Assembly (NCBI RefSeq): GCF_004010195.1 | Contig: NC_057718.1 | Location: 69,773,213-69,837,212 of the forward strand | Length of the DNA: 64,000 nt | Reading direction: 5' to 3' | From: Chiloscyllium plagiosum | Taxonomy: Eukaryota | Part shown: positions 38,146 through 51,040 of the stretch, one piece after another | How the letters are laid out: the number at the start of each line of letters is the position of its first letter | Numbering within the stretch: position 1 is the first letter of the stretch | The notes under the pieces: generated by a model | What the model saw: only the letters and a program-made list of their open reading frames with translations | Databases searched by the model: none | What the model was told of the DNA's origin: nothing | Made by a program: the position numbers and the translations under genes

Positions 38146-40590
38146 CAAAAGTAGAAGTTGCTAGAGAAGCTCAGCAGGTCTGGCAGCATCTGTGAAAAGA
38201 AATCAAAGTTAATGTTTCAGGTTGGGTGACCCTTCCTCAGAACCAGGAACACTACAGACAACCACCTGCAGATTTGACCAAAGAACACGCCCGTCAACTA
38301 AACAGACTGATCAAGGCCTTTGATCCAGACTTTCCGAGTATCCTATGCACTCTTGTCCTGCGTATTTCTCCCAAAGTGAAACTTCTACTGCCTTCTGAAG
38401 ATACATACCTGGGACATCCCATTGTATCAGGCAATGGGACCCTGTGTAAGAACCTCTCTGGCTATGTTGAGGGCATCTTGAAATCCATTGTAAAAGAACT
38501 CCCAGCTTCAGATTTCTTAAAGAAACTCAGCATGCATGGATCCAGTCAAAGTAGAAACATTCCTCATCATTTAGCACTCTACATCAGCATCCCCCACAAT
38601 GACAGCATCACTGCAACAGCCTCAGTACTCAATACTAACAACTTCCAATTGCCAGACACCATCCAACTCATCTACTTCATCCTTGACCATAACGTCTTCA
38701 CCTGCGATAATTAGTTGTTTATCCAGACTCACAGAAAAGCCATGGGCACCAAATTTCACCCCAATATGCCAACATTTTCATGCACAAGTTCAAGCACGAC
38801 TTCTTCATTATACAAAACATCTGACCAATACTATACACCAGATACATTGATGACATTTTCTTCCTTTGCACTCATGGTGAGGAATCACTGAAACAACTTC
38901 ATAGAGATATCAACAAATTTCATCCCACCATAAGACATATCATAGACTACTCTTCAGAATCAGAATCATTCTTGGACACATGCATCTCCATCAAGGATAG
39001 ACGCCACAATACCTCACTCTAGTGCAAGCCCATGGCTAACCTCACGGTGCTGCACTTCTCTAGCTTCCACCCTAAACATGTTAAAGAAGCCATCTGCTAT
39101 GGACAAGCACTCTGCATACACAGCATCTGCGCAGATGAGGAGAAATGCAATGGATAGCTAAAGATTTTGAAGGATGCCTTCATAAGAAAGGGATATGATG
39201 CCAGTTCTGATGTGCCACAGCAAAAATTGCAGTGACCTCCTTAGAAAAAGACACAGCTTATGACCAGTAGAGTATTCTTCATTATCCAGTACTTCCCCGT
39301 AACCTTCAATATGTCATCGATAACAATGAGCATCTCACTAAGATCACCCCTATGTCTCCATTTCATGCTTCCAAACAACCGTCAAACCTTAAACAGACCA
39401 TCGTTCCCAACCTTCAGAACAACATTGACCATAACACCACACAACTCTGCTATGGCAACCTCTGAAAGACATGTCACAGTATCGACATGGATATTACCAT
39501 TACATGTGGGGACACCATCTACCACGTGCATGGCAGATACTCATGTGACTCAGCCAACATTGCTCTATCTCATATGCTGCAGGCTAGGATGCCCTGAGGC
39601 ATGGCATATTACCGAGACCATTCAGATACTACAACAATGGATGAATCGACACCATGCAACAATTGCCAGACAGGAATTGTTCCCTCCCAGTCGGGGAACA
39701 CTTCAGCAGTCAAACACGTTCAGCTTCTGATCTTCAGCTAAGCATCCTCTAAGGCAGCCTTTGAGATACACAATAACAGAATCACTAAGCAGGAATGATA
39801 GCCAAGTTCCATAACCATGAAGACAGCCTCAACCGTGATGTTGGGTTCATGTCGCCCCACATATGACCCAACCATATGGTATCTGTACAATCTTCCTTAC
39901 TGTCCTGTTTTGACATCATCACCTTGATAAGTTGTTATCATCTGTCTACCTTAGTTTGTGCTGTGGATGCTGTAAATCAGGAGCAAGGGCTCAGAATTAA
40001 TATTTTGGGTCAGGTGATGCTTCCTCTGGTTATTCTTCACAAATGCTGCTGGACCTGCTGGGCTTTTCCAGCAGTTTCTGTTTTTATTCCTTGTTATTCG
40101 AGTCATTTGGTTTGTCTCCAGCACCACCCTATTTTTAATCTTTTATAATTATCTCTCTACCTCATTTAATCAGTTGTTATTCAGCTGATGACACTTTACT
40201 CCCACCATCTAACTCTCTTGGTCACCTGCAGAGACTTATTATAGAGTCATAGAGATGTTCAGCATGGAAACAGACCCTTTGGTCCAACCTGTCCATGACG
40301 ACCAAATATCCCAACCCAATCTAGTCCCACCTGCAAGCACCTGGCCCATATCCCTCCAAACCCTTCCTATTTATATACCCATCCAAATGCCTCTTAAATG
40401 CTGCATTTGTACCAGCCTCCACCACATCCTCTCTCACCATTTGTATGATCTTTTGATCTCTCCGCCCTTAAATTCTGTGTGCTTCCCTCTCACTTCACCT
40501 GATGAAGTGGCTATGCTCCAAAAGCTTGTGATTTCAAATAAACATGTTAGACTTCAGCTTGGTGTTGGCTGATTCCTGACTTTGTTTCTT
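38146..40590 (+). mobile_element. Decayed Penelope-like element (RT plus GIY-YIG) with terminal repeats and a CR1 insert at about 40240-40430
   Basis: GHPIVSGNGTLCKNLSGYVEGILK; LYISIPHND; RYIDDIFFL; LLYLICCRLGCPEAWHITETIQILQQWMNRH. Confidence 0.82.
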
Positions 40591-40911
40591 TTTGAATCTT
40601 TGTCCCTGAATCTTGTTCCTTACATTCCTTTAGGTTCTCAGCAATTCCAGGCAATATAACCCACTCAGACTGGGCTTCTCAAATCCAACATGTTGAGTCC
40701 TCATAGCCACTCTTGCCACCTCGCTGGCATTGTACTGCACTATGCCAGGTTTCCACTATTTAATGCATCTAGGGTTGCTTTGCTGGCGGCCAACTCCATT
40801 GAGCTCATAAGGTCACAATTTCAAATGTCGCCTTAAAATCCAGGTCTCATTTTGTAGTAGCTTCTGTTGGATGGCTCTATATTAGAGACCACAACCTAAA
40901 TGCCACCACGT

Positions 40912-41233
40912 GGGCGGCACGGTGGCACAGTGGTTAGCACTGCTGCCTCACAGCGCCTGAGACGCGGGTTCAATTCCCGCCTCAGGCGACTGACTGTGTG
41001 GAGTTTGCACATTCTCCCCGTGTCTGCGTGGGTTTCCTCCGGGTGCTCCGGTCTCCTCCCACAGTCCAAAGATGTGCAGGTCAGGTGAATTGGCCATGCT
41101 AAATTGCCCGTAGTGTTAGGTAAGGGGTACATGTAGGGGTATGGGTGGGTTGCGCTTCGGCGGGTCGGTGTGGACTTGTTGGGCCGAAGGGCCTGTTTCC
41201 ACACTGTAATGTAAACTAAATTAAACTAAACTA
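40912..41233 (+). mobile_element. HE1 SINE (young, full length)
   Basis: GGGCGGCACGGTGGCACAGTGG head, CpG-rich, (CTAAA)n tail. Confidence 0.9.
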
Positions 41234-41275
41234 AAAAACTAAGTGGTCCCGCAAGGCATCTTGTAGCAACCCTCC

Positions 41276-41927
41276 TGTGATGTTGCTATCACTTTAACAA
41301 GGTTATTTTGTTCTGGTATTTTTTTAAAGAGAGGTCGTAAAGGCTGAAATGTCTGTAAAGACCTTACTTTAACAAAGGCAGGGGAGTGTTCAGTTCTCTC
41401 AGATCAGAATTTTTCTAGTTTGGTTTAGGTTATTTTGTTCTGGTATTTTTTTAAAGAGAGGTCGTAAAGGCTGAAATGTCTGTAAAGACCTTACTTTAAC
41501 AAAGGCAGGGGAGTTCAGTTCTCTCAGATCAGAATTTTTCTAGTTTGGTTTTGTTGGAGCAGTCACAGAAGCCGTTGCTATGTAAAATGTTTCCATGCTT
41601 CAATAGATGTTTCCTGGCCGACTTTCCTCTGAAATTTCTCCTGCCTGTAAGAACCTGTTTGAATTTACCTTATGGGATGATATGGGAATTGGAACAGCTC
41701 CTTAGTTAAGTTGTTGTGTAGGGTCAGTTAAGATTTCCAATAGTTAAGTTATTCTAAATTCTGTTTTCTTTTGTTCGTGTTTCATCTGTAGTGTTTGCTT
41801 AAAGCTGAGTGGTTTGACCAGCTGCATCACACCTGGAATATCCACCTCACATCTGCCTTTAAAAAAGTTTGGGTCTGAGCTACCTTCTTAAAATATGTTG
41901 AGGGGGGGTCTGGCCTGGTCAAAAACA
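41276..41927 (+). mobile_element. Solo LTR with an internal tandem duplication of about 127 bp
   Basis: TG..CA termini; flanks CTCC/CTCT; about 41301-41427 repeated from 41428. Confidence 0.65.
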
Positions 41928-42280
41928 CTCTGAATTTGCAATGTTCCACTGACCCCTTTAAGGTGGTCATCAATTGGACAATGGACTTTCCTTTGTGCTG
42001 TACCCATTTGTAAAATGGAAACATTCTGTGATCATCAGCGGCTTGGGTGCGAAGGGTTTAGAGGGATATGGGCCGGGTGGTGGCAGATGGGACTAGATTG
42101 GATTGGGATATCTGGTCAGCATGGACAGGTTGGACCAAAGGGTCTGTTTCCATGCTGTACATCTCTATGACTCTATGACTTAGAATATCTTCTCTTCAGG
42201 TTTTTCTGGTTGGACCAGACTCTGAGAATCGCCAAGGTTTTGCTCCCAGTAGTACTTAAGAAAAACAGTTTTTTCACGTA

Positions 42281-42590
42281 GTGGTTAGCACTGCTGCCTC
42301 ACAGCACCAGGGATCCAGGTTCAATTCCATCCTGGGAAGACTATCTGTGTGGAGTTTGTATATCCTCCCTATCTGCATAGGTTTCCTCCTGTGCTCCAGT
42401 TTCTTCCCATAGTCCATATGCTAAATTGCCCAAAGTGTCCAGGGATGTGCATGTTAGGTGGATTAATCATGGGAAATACAGGGTTACAGGGATAGGGTAT
42501 GAGCGTGGGTCTGGGTGGGGTGCTCTTTGGAGGGGTGGTGTGGATCCGACTGGCGGAATGGCCTTCATCCACACTGTAGGTATTCTATGA
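42281..42590 (+). mobile_element. HE1 SINE (5'-clipped)
   Basis: Conserved HE1 core. Confidence 0.75.
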
Positions 42591-42914
42591 TGTCTTCAGC
42601 CACTTTGTTTGTCTTTAAGAACAAATTAAAGTGTTCCGTGTATAAAGTCCAATTTTTGACTCTACGTGAAACGGTCCCACCACCTCTAATTGGCCCACTA
42701 TTTCTTTTTCCTGTTGGCAGGAATTTTCCCCACCACTCAAATCTAGTAGCCTTTCGCAGCCTGAGTCCTTTTGGTGAATGTGATTGCATTGGTCACTCTG
42801 TCACTTGCTGTACCAGCACGCTGTTCCCCTCTCGTATCACCTGCAGTCTGAGTCCTCTCACGACTGCTCTTCATAACAATTTTAGTCATTCTTGAGTGCA
42901 TACACTCTCCCTGA

Positions 42915-43835
42915 CTACAGCAACGGATGAATGGATACTGTACAACAATCAACAGACAGGAGTTGTCCCTTCCAGTTGGAGAACACTTCAGCGGTCCAGG
43001 ACATTCGACCTTCAGGTGACCATCCTCCAAGGCAGACTTCGAGACAGGCAACAACGAAAAGTGGCCGAACAGAGGCAGATAGCCAAGTTCGGTACCAATG
43101 GGGATGGCCTCTACCGGGACCTTGGGTTCTTGTCACATTACAGGTGACCCCATTGCACTATACACACCACACACACACACACACTCATGCAGACCCTCTC
43201 TCATATGCTCACACTTGCACTCCCACACAGACCCTCTCACAGACTTTTCACTCACACACATACACACTCTCTCTCACAGACACTCATAAACCCCCACACG
43301 CACACACCCACATGAACACATGCACAAGTTTGTGGGGTGAATTTGTACTTGCAGAATTACATTTTACTTTGCTCAAGAACTGCATGAATCCATGTAAGAT
43401 TCTGTAAATCTATTTTTTAGATTAGAATCAGTCTGACCATTGGGGCACAGACAGTCTCACACAGGGCAGCTCACACCTTCAATGCATTATCTGGGCCGAC
43501 ATGACACCAGTTGTTAAAGTTCACTTGAGAATGTAACTTTTAAAAAACGTTTTACGATTTACATATAAAAGAACTGAAACCAACATGGTCATTCTAAAAG
43601 ATGAGAGACTTAACAAACAATCCGGGTCTTTTTCAATATATAATTTCACTTACATCACACTATAAACCTCTGCTATAAATTCTGTGTCTTACAATCTTAT
43701 AGTCCACAACCACCTGATGAAGGAGCAGTGCTTCGAAACCTAGTGCTCCCAAATAAACCTGTTGGACTATAACCTGGTGTTGTGTGATTTTTAACTTTGT
43801 ACACCCCAGTCCAGCACTGCCATCTGCAAATCATG
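42915..43835 (+). mobile_element. Penelope-like element 3' end with CA-rich microsatellite and hammerhead motif (43711-43745)
   Basis: FDLQVTILQGRLRDRQQRKVAEQRQIAKFGTNGDGLYRDLGFLSHY; CAC CTGATGA AGGAGCAGTGCTTC GAAA CCTA GTG. Confidence 0.75.
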
Positions 43836-44269
43836 GTTAGTTATAGAAGCTGGGTTTCTTCCAAAATCCATCAAGATTGTCATGTTCTTTTGTACTCTCT
43901 CAGAGGAAAAACAATTGAGAAAGTTAAAATAATCATAACATTTAACAGCTGTCACAGAACAAGTTTTGTTTCGGTTTCCATGACAACTGGGTCAAGTCAA
44001 CATAGTTAATGCAGATATTGACAGATTCCACCTCAAAACTCAACTATTATTTACCAGCGGGAGATATATTAAAGCAATACACAGCCATGTCTAATGAACT
44101 ACTAAAGGAGTTCTGTAACAAATAGACCACCAGCAGTATTTTCAGTGTCTTATGATTTAACATGCCTAAAGGAAGAATTGAGAAAGTCAAATTCCATGAA
44201 TGGATATAAAAATTATAGTGTTATTCGATGACCACTGCAATTCAAACTTATGGATATGCCACTAATATC

Positions 44270-44605
44270 TGCTGCCTCACAGTGCCAGGGATTCTGGATC
44301 AGTTCTACCTTCAGGCAAATGTCAGTGTGAAGTTTGCATATTCTCCACATATCTGTGTGCGTTCGTTCCAGGTGCTCCTATTTCCTCTCACAGTTCAAGG
44401 TAGTGCAGGTTAGGTGAATTGGCCATGACAAACTGTCCGTAGTATCCAGGGATATGTAGGTGAGGTGTATTTGCCATTGAAAATGCAGGGTTACAGGGAT
44501 AGGGTAGGGAGCTGGGTCTGGATGAGATATTCTTTGGAGGGTCAGCATGAACTCGATGGGCTGATTGGCCTTCTTCAAAACTGTAGGTATTCTATGATCT
44601 ATGAT
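44270..44605 (+). mobile_element. HE1 SINE (diverged)
   Basis: Degenerate HE1 core. Confidence 0.7.
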
Positions 44606-45109
44606 CTGCTTTTTAAAATAGTTGAAGTCTATTCTATAGTTCAGAGGTTATACTGGCTGACTCCTAATCTGTTATTACAATCACAGTTAAAAGCTGTTAT
44701 ATACTGATTGTATGTCACTAAAATGTATATGCTATTGTTAACTCTTCAATTGGAAAACCTCATGCATCATTTGCTCAAACAATGATATAAACTGGTAGGT
44801 AACAAAGAAGATCAATTTGTTTGTTTGAAAGATTCATTAAAAGAAGATTCCTCAAGATTGAACAGTACATTAAAACGTTGAGATTGCTCAATAGTGATCT
44901 TATTTGGAGACAATTTAATGTGTAATTTAGTGTAGAACATTGTCTGGATTGGTGTATAGGTGGGAGGTTAATTTCATGGAAAATGTCAACACGCCTGGAA
45001 GCTGGCTTCAGTACTTAAATCTTAATATAATGTCACTATGTTCTACTGTTTGCATGTGACACCCTTTAAACTAACTACACAAATTCTCAATTAAAGCAAT
45101 ATTGCAATC

Positions 45110-47842
45110 TACTTTTACATAGAATTCTTAGGTGGCTTGACAGGATAGATTCTGGGGCATTGTTTCCCTTCCCTACACAAAGAGAACTAAGGCTCACAGT
45201 CTCAGAATAAGGGGTCAAACATTTAGGACTGAAATGAGGAGAAATTTCTTTACTGATTTGGAAGTGAACATAGGAGGTATGGTTAGTAAATTTGCAGATG
45301 ACACCAAAATTGAAGATGTAGCGGACAGTGAAGAAGGGTACAATGGGATCTTTATCAGGAAGACCAAGGGGCCAAGGAGTGGCAGATGGTGTATAATACT
45401 TACACACTTATTGTAAGTTCTTGAGAAGTGTTACTGAACAAAGAGATCTTGAAGTGCAGGTTCATAGTTCCTTGAAAGTAGAGTCACGGATAGATAAGAT
45501 AGCGAAGAAGGCATTTAGTATGCTTGCCAGTGTTGGTCAGTGCGTTGAGTATAGGAGTTGGGAGGCCATGTTGTGGCTATATAGGACATTGGTTTGGCCA
45601 CTTTCAGTATTGTGTGCCGTTCTGGTCTCCATCCTAAGGAAGGATGTTGTGAAACTTGAAAGGATTCAGAAAACATTTACAAGGATGTTGTCAGGGTTAG
45701 AGAACTTGAGCCTTATGGAGATGCTGAATAGAGTCACAGAGTCATAGAGATGTACTGCAAGGAAAGAGACCCTTAGGTCCAACTTGTCCATGCCTACCAG
45801 ATATCCCAATCCAATCCCACCTGCCAGTACCCAGTCCATATCCCTCCAATCCCTTCCTATTCATATACCCATCTGGATGCCTTTTAAATGTTGCAATTGT
45901 ACCAGCCTCCACCACTTCCTCTGGCAGCTCATTTCATACACGTACCACCGTCTGCATGAAAACGTTGCCCCTTAGGTCTCTTTTATATCTTTCCCCTCTC
46001 ACCCTAAACTTATGCCCTCTAGTTCTGGACTCCCCCACCCCATGATTTTATAAACCTCTATAAGGTCACCCCTCAGTCTCCAATTCTCCAGGGAAAACAG
46101 CCTCAGCCTATTCCTATAGCTCAAATCCTCCTATCCTGGCAACAGCCTTGTAAATCTTTTCTGAACCCTACCAAGTTTCACAACATCCTTCTGATAGGAA
46201 GGAGACCAGAATTGCACACAATATTCCAAAAGTGGCCTTACCAATGTCCTGTACAGCCGCAACATGACCTCCCAACTCCTGTACTCAATACTCTGATGCA
46301 AAATATTTGTTTAGTATCCCTCCCATCTCCTATGGCTCCACACAAAGGCCGCCTTGCTAATCTTTGAGGGGCCTTATTCTCTCCCTAGTTACCATTTTGT
46401 CCTTAATGTATTTGTAAAAACCTTTTGGATTCTCATTAGCTCTATTTGCCAAAGCTATTTCATGTCTCCCTTTTGCCTTCCTGATTTCCTTCTTAAGTAT
46501 ACTCCTACTGCCTTTATATGCCTTGAAGGATTCACTCGATCTCTCCTGTCTGTACCTGACATATGCTTCCTTCTTTTTCTTAACCAAACCTTCAATTTAT
46601 TTAGTCAGCCAGAATTCCCTATACCTACCAGCCTTCCCTTTCAGCCTAACAGGAATATAGTGTCTCTGGACTCTTGTTATTTCACTTCTGAAGACTTCCC
46701 ATTTTCCAGCCGTCCCTTTATCTGTTAACATCTGCCTCCAATCAGCTTTTGAAAGTTCTTGCTTATTACCATAAAAATTAGCCTTCCTCCAGTTTAGAAC
46801 TTCAACTTTTAGATCTGGCCTATCCTTTTTCATTGCTATTTTAAAACTAATAGAATTATAGTTGCTGGCCCCAAAGTGCTCCTCCACTGACACCTCAGTC
46901 GCCTGCCATGCCTTATTTCCCAAAAGTAGGTCAAGTTTTGCACACCCACATACTGAATCAAAAAATGTTCTTGTACACACGTAACAAATTCCTTTCCATC
47001 TAAACCCTTAATACTATGGAAGTCCCAGTCTATGTTTGGAAAGTTAAAATCCCTGACCATAACCACCGGATTATTCTTACAGATAGCTGAGATCGTCTTA
47101 CAAATTTGCTTCTCAATTTCCCTCTGACTATTAAGGTGTTTATAATACAATCCCAATAAGGTGATCATCCCTTTCTTATTTCTCAGTTTCATCCAAATAA
47201 CTTCCCTGGATTTATTTCTGGGAAATCCTCCCTCAGTACAGCTGTAATTCTATCCCTTATCAAAAACGCGACTTCCCTTCCACTCTTGCCTCCCTTTCTG
47301 ACCTTCCTGTAGTATTTGCACCCTGGAACATTAAGCTGTCAGTCCTGAGTATCCCTGAGCCACGTTTTTGTAATTGTTATGATATTCCTAGTTCCATGTT
47401 CCTAACGATGCCCTGAGTTCATGTGCCTTCCCTATTATGCCCCTTGCGTTGAAATACATGTAGTTTAATTTATCAGGGCTGGAGCTATTTTCCGTGGGAA
47501 GTTCGGGAGCTGAGATGTGAACTTACAGATGTTTATAACTCATCCAAAATTAGAGGGCCTAGGTTTAGGGTGAGAGGTAGAGGGGAAAGATTTATAAGGG
47601 ACCTGCGGGCAACTTTTTCAAGCTTAGTGTGGTGCGTGTATGAAAAAAGCTGCCAGAGGAAGGGAGGCTGGTACAATTACAACATTTAAAAGACATTTGG
47701 ATGGGTATATGAATAGGAGGGGTTTAGGGGATTTGGGCCAAATGCAGGCAAATGAGACTAGATTTATATATGATATCTGGTCGGCATGGATAAATTGGAC
47801 TGAAGGGTCTGTTCTCATCCTGTATATCTCTATGACTCTATT
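45110..47842. mobile_element. Cluster of CR1 fragments: plus (about 45110-45730 and 47475-47842) interrupted by a minus-strand copy (about 45730-47475)
   Basis: VSKFADDTKI; EYRSWEAMLWLYRTLV; minus-strand endonuclease VVMVRDFNFPNIDW. Confidence 0.78.
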
Positions 47843-47994
47843 GTGAATCTTTGGAAGTTTTAACCTCAGTGGGCTGTGGACTGCTCAGTTGTTGAGTGTA
47901 AATCCAATCACTCTCAGATTGCTGTTTTCAAATTTACTTTCGTTCTCTGCATTTATATTCTGCATTTCTGGGGTCAGGATCCAATGCCAGAGGC

Positions 47995-48130
47995 GTTTTT
48001 GTAAATTTAACCTATTTTACTAATCAATCTGTTCAGAGGTATTATTCCACACCTTGGAGCAGGTGGGACTTGGACCCCAGCCTCCCAGTCCACATGTAGG
48101 GACACTACCACTGCACTACAAGAGGGTCCT
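47995..48130 (-). mobile_element. Short tRNA-derived SINE or tRNA-like retrocopy with a 10-bp TSD
   Basis: TGCCAGAGGC at 47985 and 48131; minus-strand A-box TAGTGCAGTGG and B-box-like GGTCCAAGTCCC; A-rich 3' end. Confidence 0.6.
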
Positions 48131-48799
48131 TGCCAGAGGCTTTAGAAGGGCAGTGGAGATTCAATCCAGCAGATTCCTCATCATCTAAATTCATAGTCAG
48201 AAGCCAATTAACACCTGACTTTAACAGCACTAACTGCCATATTTCTATCAGAGAAGTGTATCCATGTTCTGAAGCCTCATGGAAAAGCTACAGATAGAAG
48301 ATAAATGTGTCAGTGGGTTCAGGATTACAATGGCTTCTAAATGAGTGAGAGGGTAGGATGACAGGGAAGTAGGTGTGAATGTAGGGTGGTGAGGGATACT
48401 GGACGAATCAAGGGAAATGAAGGTAGTGCAGGAAGTAGGCTTAAGATCAAAGATCAACCATTATCTTAACAGATGACAAAGCACCACTTGAAGGGTCTGA
48501 TGAATTACTCCTTTCCTTGTCCTTGTGTTTGAATTATTCAATGATTTTCCAGGTGGCTTGATGTGTCACTGAAACCAGGTAAAAACACAAAACAAAATCA
48601 TATGGCTTATAAGGTAAATAGAACAATAAGTGCTCAATGTTCACAGCTCCTTTGTGACCTCCAATGGGGAATAGGGTCACAGAACTTGGGATTAGAGTTT
48701 GGTTTCCATGGTTCTGAATGTTTTGAGACTCAGGTACATGGCTGCCTTAGATTGGACCTTAGGGAAGGATTAAAATGAGCACCGTCAGATATTGAAGAA

Positions 48800-49095
48800 A
48801 GATGGAGCACTCAAGTACAAAGTGGCACATGTTAATAAAGAGTGACTTGGTGATGGAATACCGGCCTCTGCAGAGTTATTTCAGTGGTGACAAGAGTGGG
48901 GTTATTTTTTAAGGTCTACCCCAGGTTGCCATTTATCTAGATGATGTATTGTTCACAGGTAAGACCAATGAGGAGTACTTAGAGAACTTGAACATTGTCC
49001 TCAGACATTTCTCCCAGGCGAGTCTATGCCTTAGAAAGGAAGAATGTTTGTTCCATGTAACTGAAGTGAACTACTTGGGCTACAGAGTCGACCAG
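48800..49095 (+). mobile_element. Gypsy LTR 3' end and PBS joined to an RT fragment (internally deleted)
   Basis: AATAAAGAGTGACTTGGTGATGG..TTATTTCA GTGGTGAC; VAIYLDDVLFTG. Confidence 0.65.
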
Positions 49096-49099
49096 TCAG

Positions 49100-49600
49100 G
49101 AATATGATGGAATGCCCTCCGTTTGCCTGGATGAGTGTATCTCCAACAGCACTCAAGAAGCTTGACACCATCAAGGACAAAGCAGCCCACTTGATTGGCA
49201 CCAATCCATAAGCATCTACTCTATCCAACACTGAACTCAGTAGCAGCACTGTGTATTATCTATAAGATGCATTGCAGAAAGTTGCCAAAGATGCTTAGAA
49301 ACCTTCCAAACCTATCCATATTAACTTCTAGAAGGACATGGGCAGCAGGAACACCATGAACTGCAAGTTCCTCTCCAAGTCACTCACCATCCTGACTTGG
49401 AAATATATCGCTGTTCCTTCAGTGTCACTGGGTCAAAATTCTGCAATTCCCTCCCTACCAGCATTGTGGATGAATCTATAGCACATGGACTGCAGTGATT
49501 CAAGAAGGCAGTTCACTTTCACAATCTCAAGGACAGCTAGGGACAGACAGTAAATGCTGATCCAACCAGCGACATCCAAGAAGCATCAGTGAATAAAAAA
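49100..49600 (+). mobile_element. L2-like LINE 3' fragment
   Basis: LKKLDTIKDKAAHLIG motif and tail ending AATAAAAAA. Confidence 0.55.
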
Positions 49601-49676
49601 GGGGGTGAAGCAGAAGGGCTGAACTCACAGAAGGCACAACCAAATCTCAGGGCTTACTTACAGAGGTTTATTCTAG

Positions 49677-50017
49677 GGCAGCACAGTGGCGCAGTGGTTA
49701 GCACTGCTACGTCACAGCAGCAGGGACCAGAGTTAGGTTCTGGTCTTGGGTGACTATATGTGTGGAGTTTGGACATTCTTCCAGTGTCTGCGTGGATTTC
49801 CTTCAGGTGCTCTGGTTTCCTTTCACAGTGTAAAAAGATGTGCAAGATAGGTGAATTGGCCATGCTAAATTGCCCATAGTGTTCAGGGATGTGTAAGGTT
49901 AGGTGGGTTAGTCAGGGTTAAATGTAGAGTAATTGGGTCTAGGTGGGTTACTCTTCAGAGGTTTGGTGTGGACTTGTTGGGCCAAATGGCCTGTTTCCAC
50001 ACTGTAGGGATTCTATG
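49677..50017 (+). mobile_element. HE1 SINE
   Basis: tRNA head, core and CR1-like tail. Confidence 0.82.
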
Positions 50018-50364
50018 ATTTTTCTCAACCCCTGCAGAGTTGTGTTTTCAGGGGAAGTGTTTGTCACATCTGGTGACGGCAGGTAGCTACAGTCTCTGAG
50101 AGAAAGAAAGACCTGTACCCTACTGGATATAATGACCATGTATTATCAGAGGCTGGTAAGTAATCGCTATCTTTTACATTTTTGGTCTTTGGATTCTTCC
50201 AGAGCTTTATTGGAGATGTTCAGGATGATTTCCCACTTTTTAATTAAATAACAATCCTTATGATGTCACCATGCAGAATGAACTGACTTTCCACAATTGC
50301 AGTATATACCTATAGGATTCTGCACATCAACAAGGAGTTGTATAGAGTTTGACAGCATCAAAGG

Positions 50365-51040
50365 TGCAGATTCTAAGTTCTTTGGAAGTGGAGTTTCAAG
50401 CAGACAGGGTAACAAAGAAGGAGTTTGGTAAGCTTTCCTTTATTATTCAGTGCCTTGAGTATAGTTGTGCTGTCATGTTTCGGCTGTACTGGACATTGGT
50501 TAGGCCACTTTTGGAATACTGTGTTCAATTCTGGTCTCCCTGATATAGGAAAGATTTTGTGAAATGTGAAAAGGTTCAGAAAAGATCTATAAGAATCTTA
50601 CCAGGGTTGGAGAGTGTGACCTATGAGGAGACGTTGAATAGGCTGGGGCTATTTTCCATGGAGCTTCAGAAGATGAGGAGTGACCTTATGGAAGTCTACA
50701 AAATCATGAAGGGCATGGATACAGTGACCAGTCAAGGTCTATTCTCCAAGGTAGGGGAGTCCAAACCTAGTTATTTAAAGTGAGAGGGGAAAAATTTAAA
50801 AGGAACGGAAGAGACAACTTTCTCAAGGAAAGGGGCTGCCAGAGGAGGTGGTGGAAGCTGATACAATTACAACATTCAAAAAGCACCTGTATGGGTATAT
50901 GAATAGGAAGGGTTTAGAGTGATATGAGCAAATGCTGGCAAATAGGGCTCTTTTAATGTAAAATATCTGGTCGGCATGGGTAAGTTGGACCAAAGGGCCT
51001 GTTTCTTGGGTGTACACATCTATGGCTGTATGACTCTACT
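50365..51040 (+). mobile_element. CR1 LINE 3' fragment
   Basis: LYWTLVRPLLEYCVQFWSP. Confidence 0.82.

Larger units (their letters stand above)
33970..38148 (-). mobile_element. Gypsy element pol (PR-RT-RH-IN), decayed, with probable 3' LTR boundary at 34151; gag remnants at about 40600-42850
   Basis: CGDFKVTVNP..YPLP..KMDLSQAYLQ; MDQILSGLSGVQYYLDDILLTG; LLTNHRPL; PWQCIQIDFVG..VVMDACSK; PPT GGAGGAAGGG abutting TGTTATGTA. Confidence 0.85.

Noticed and set aside
43160..43330. His/Thr-rich ORFs
   Set aside because: Translation of a CA-rich microsatellite within a Penelope-like element.
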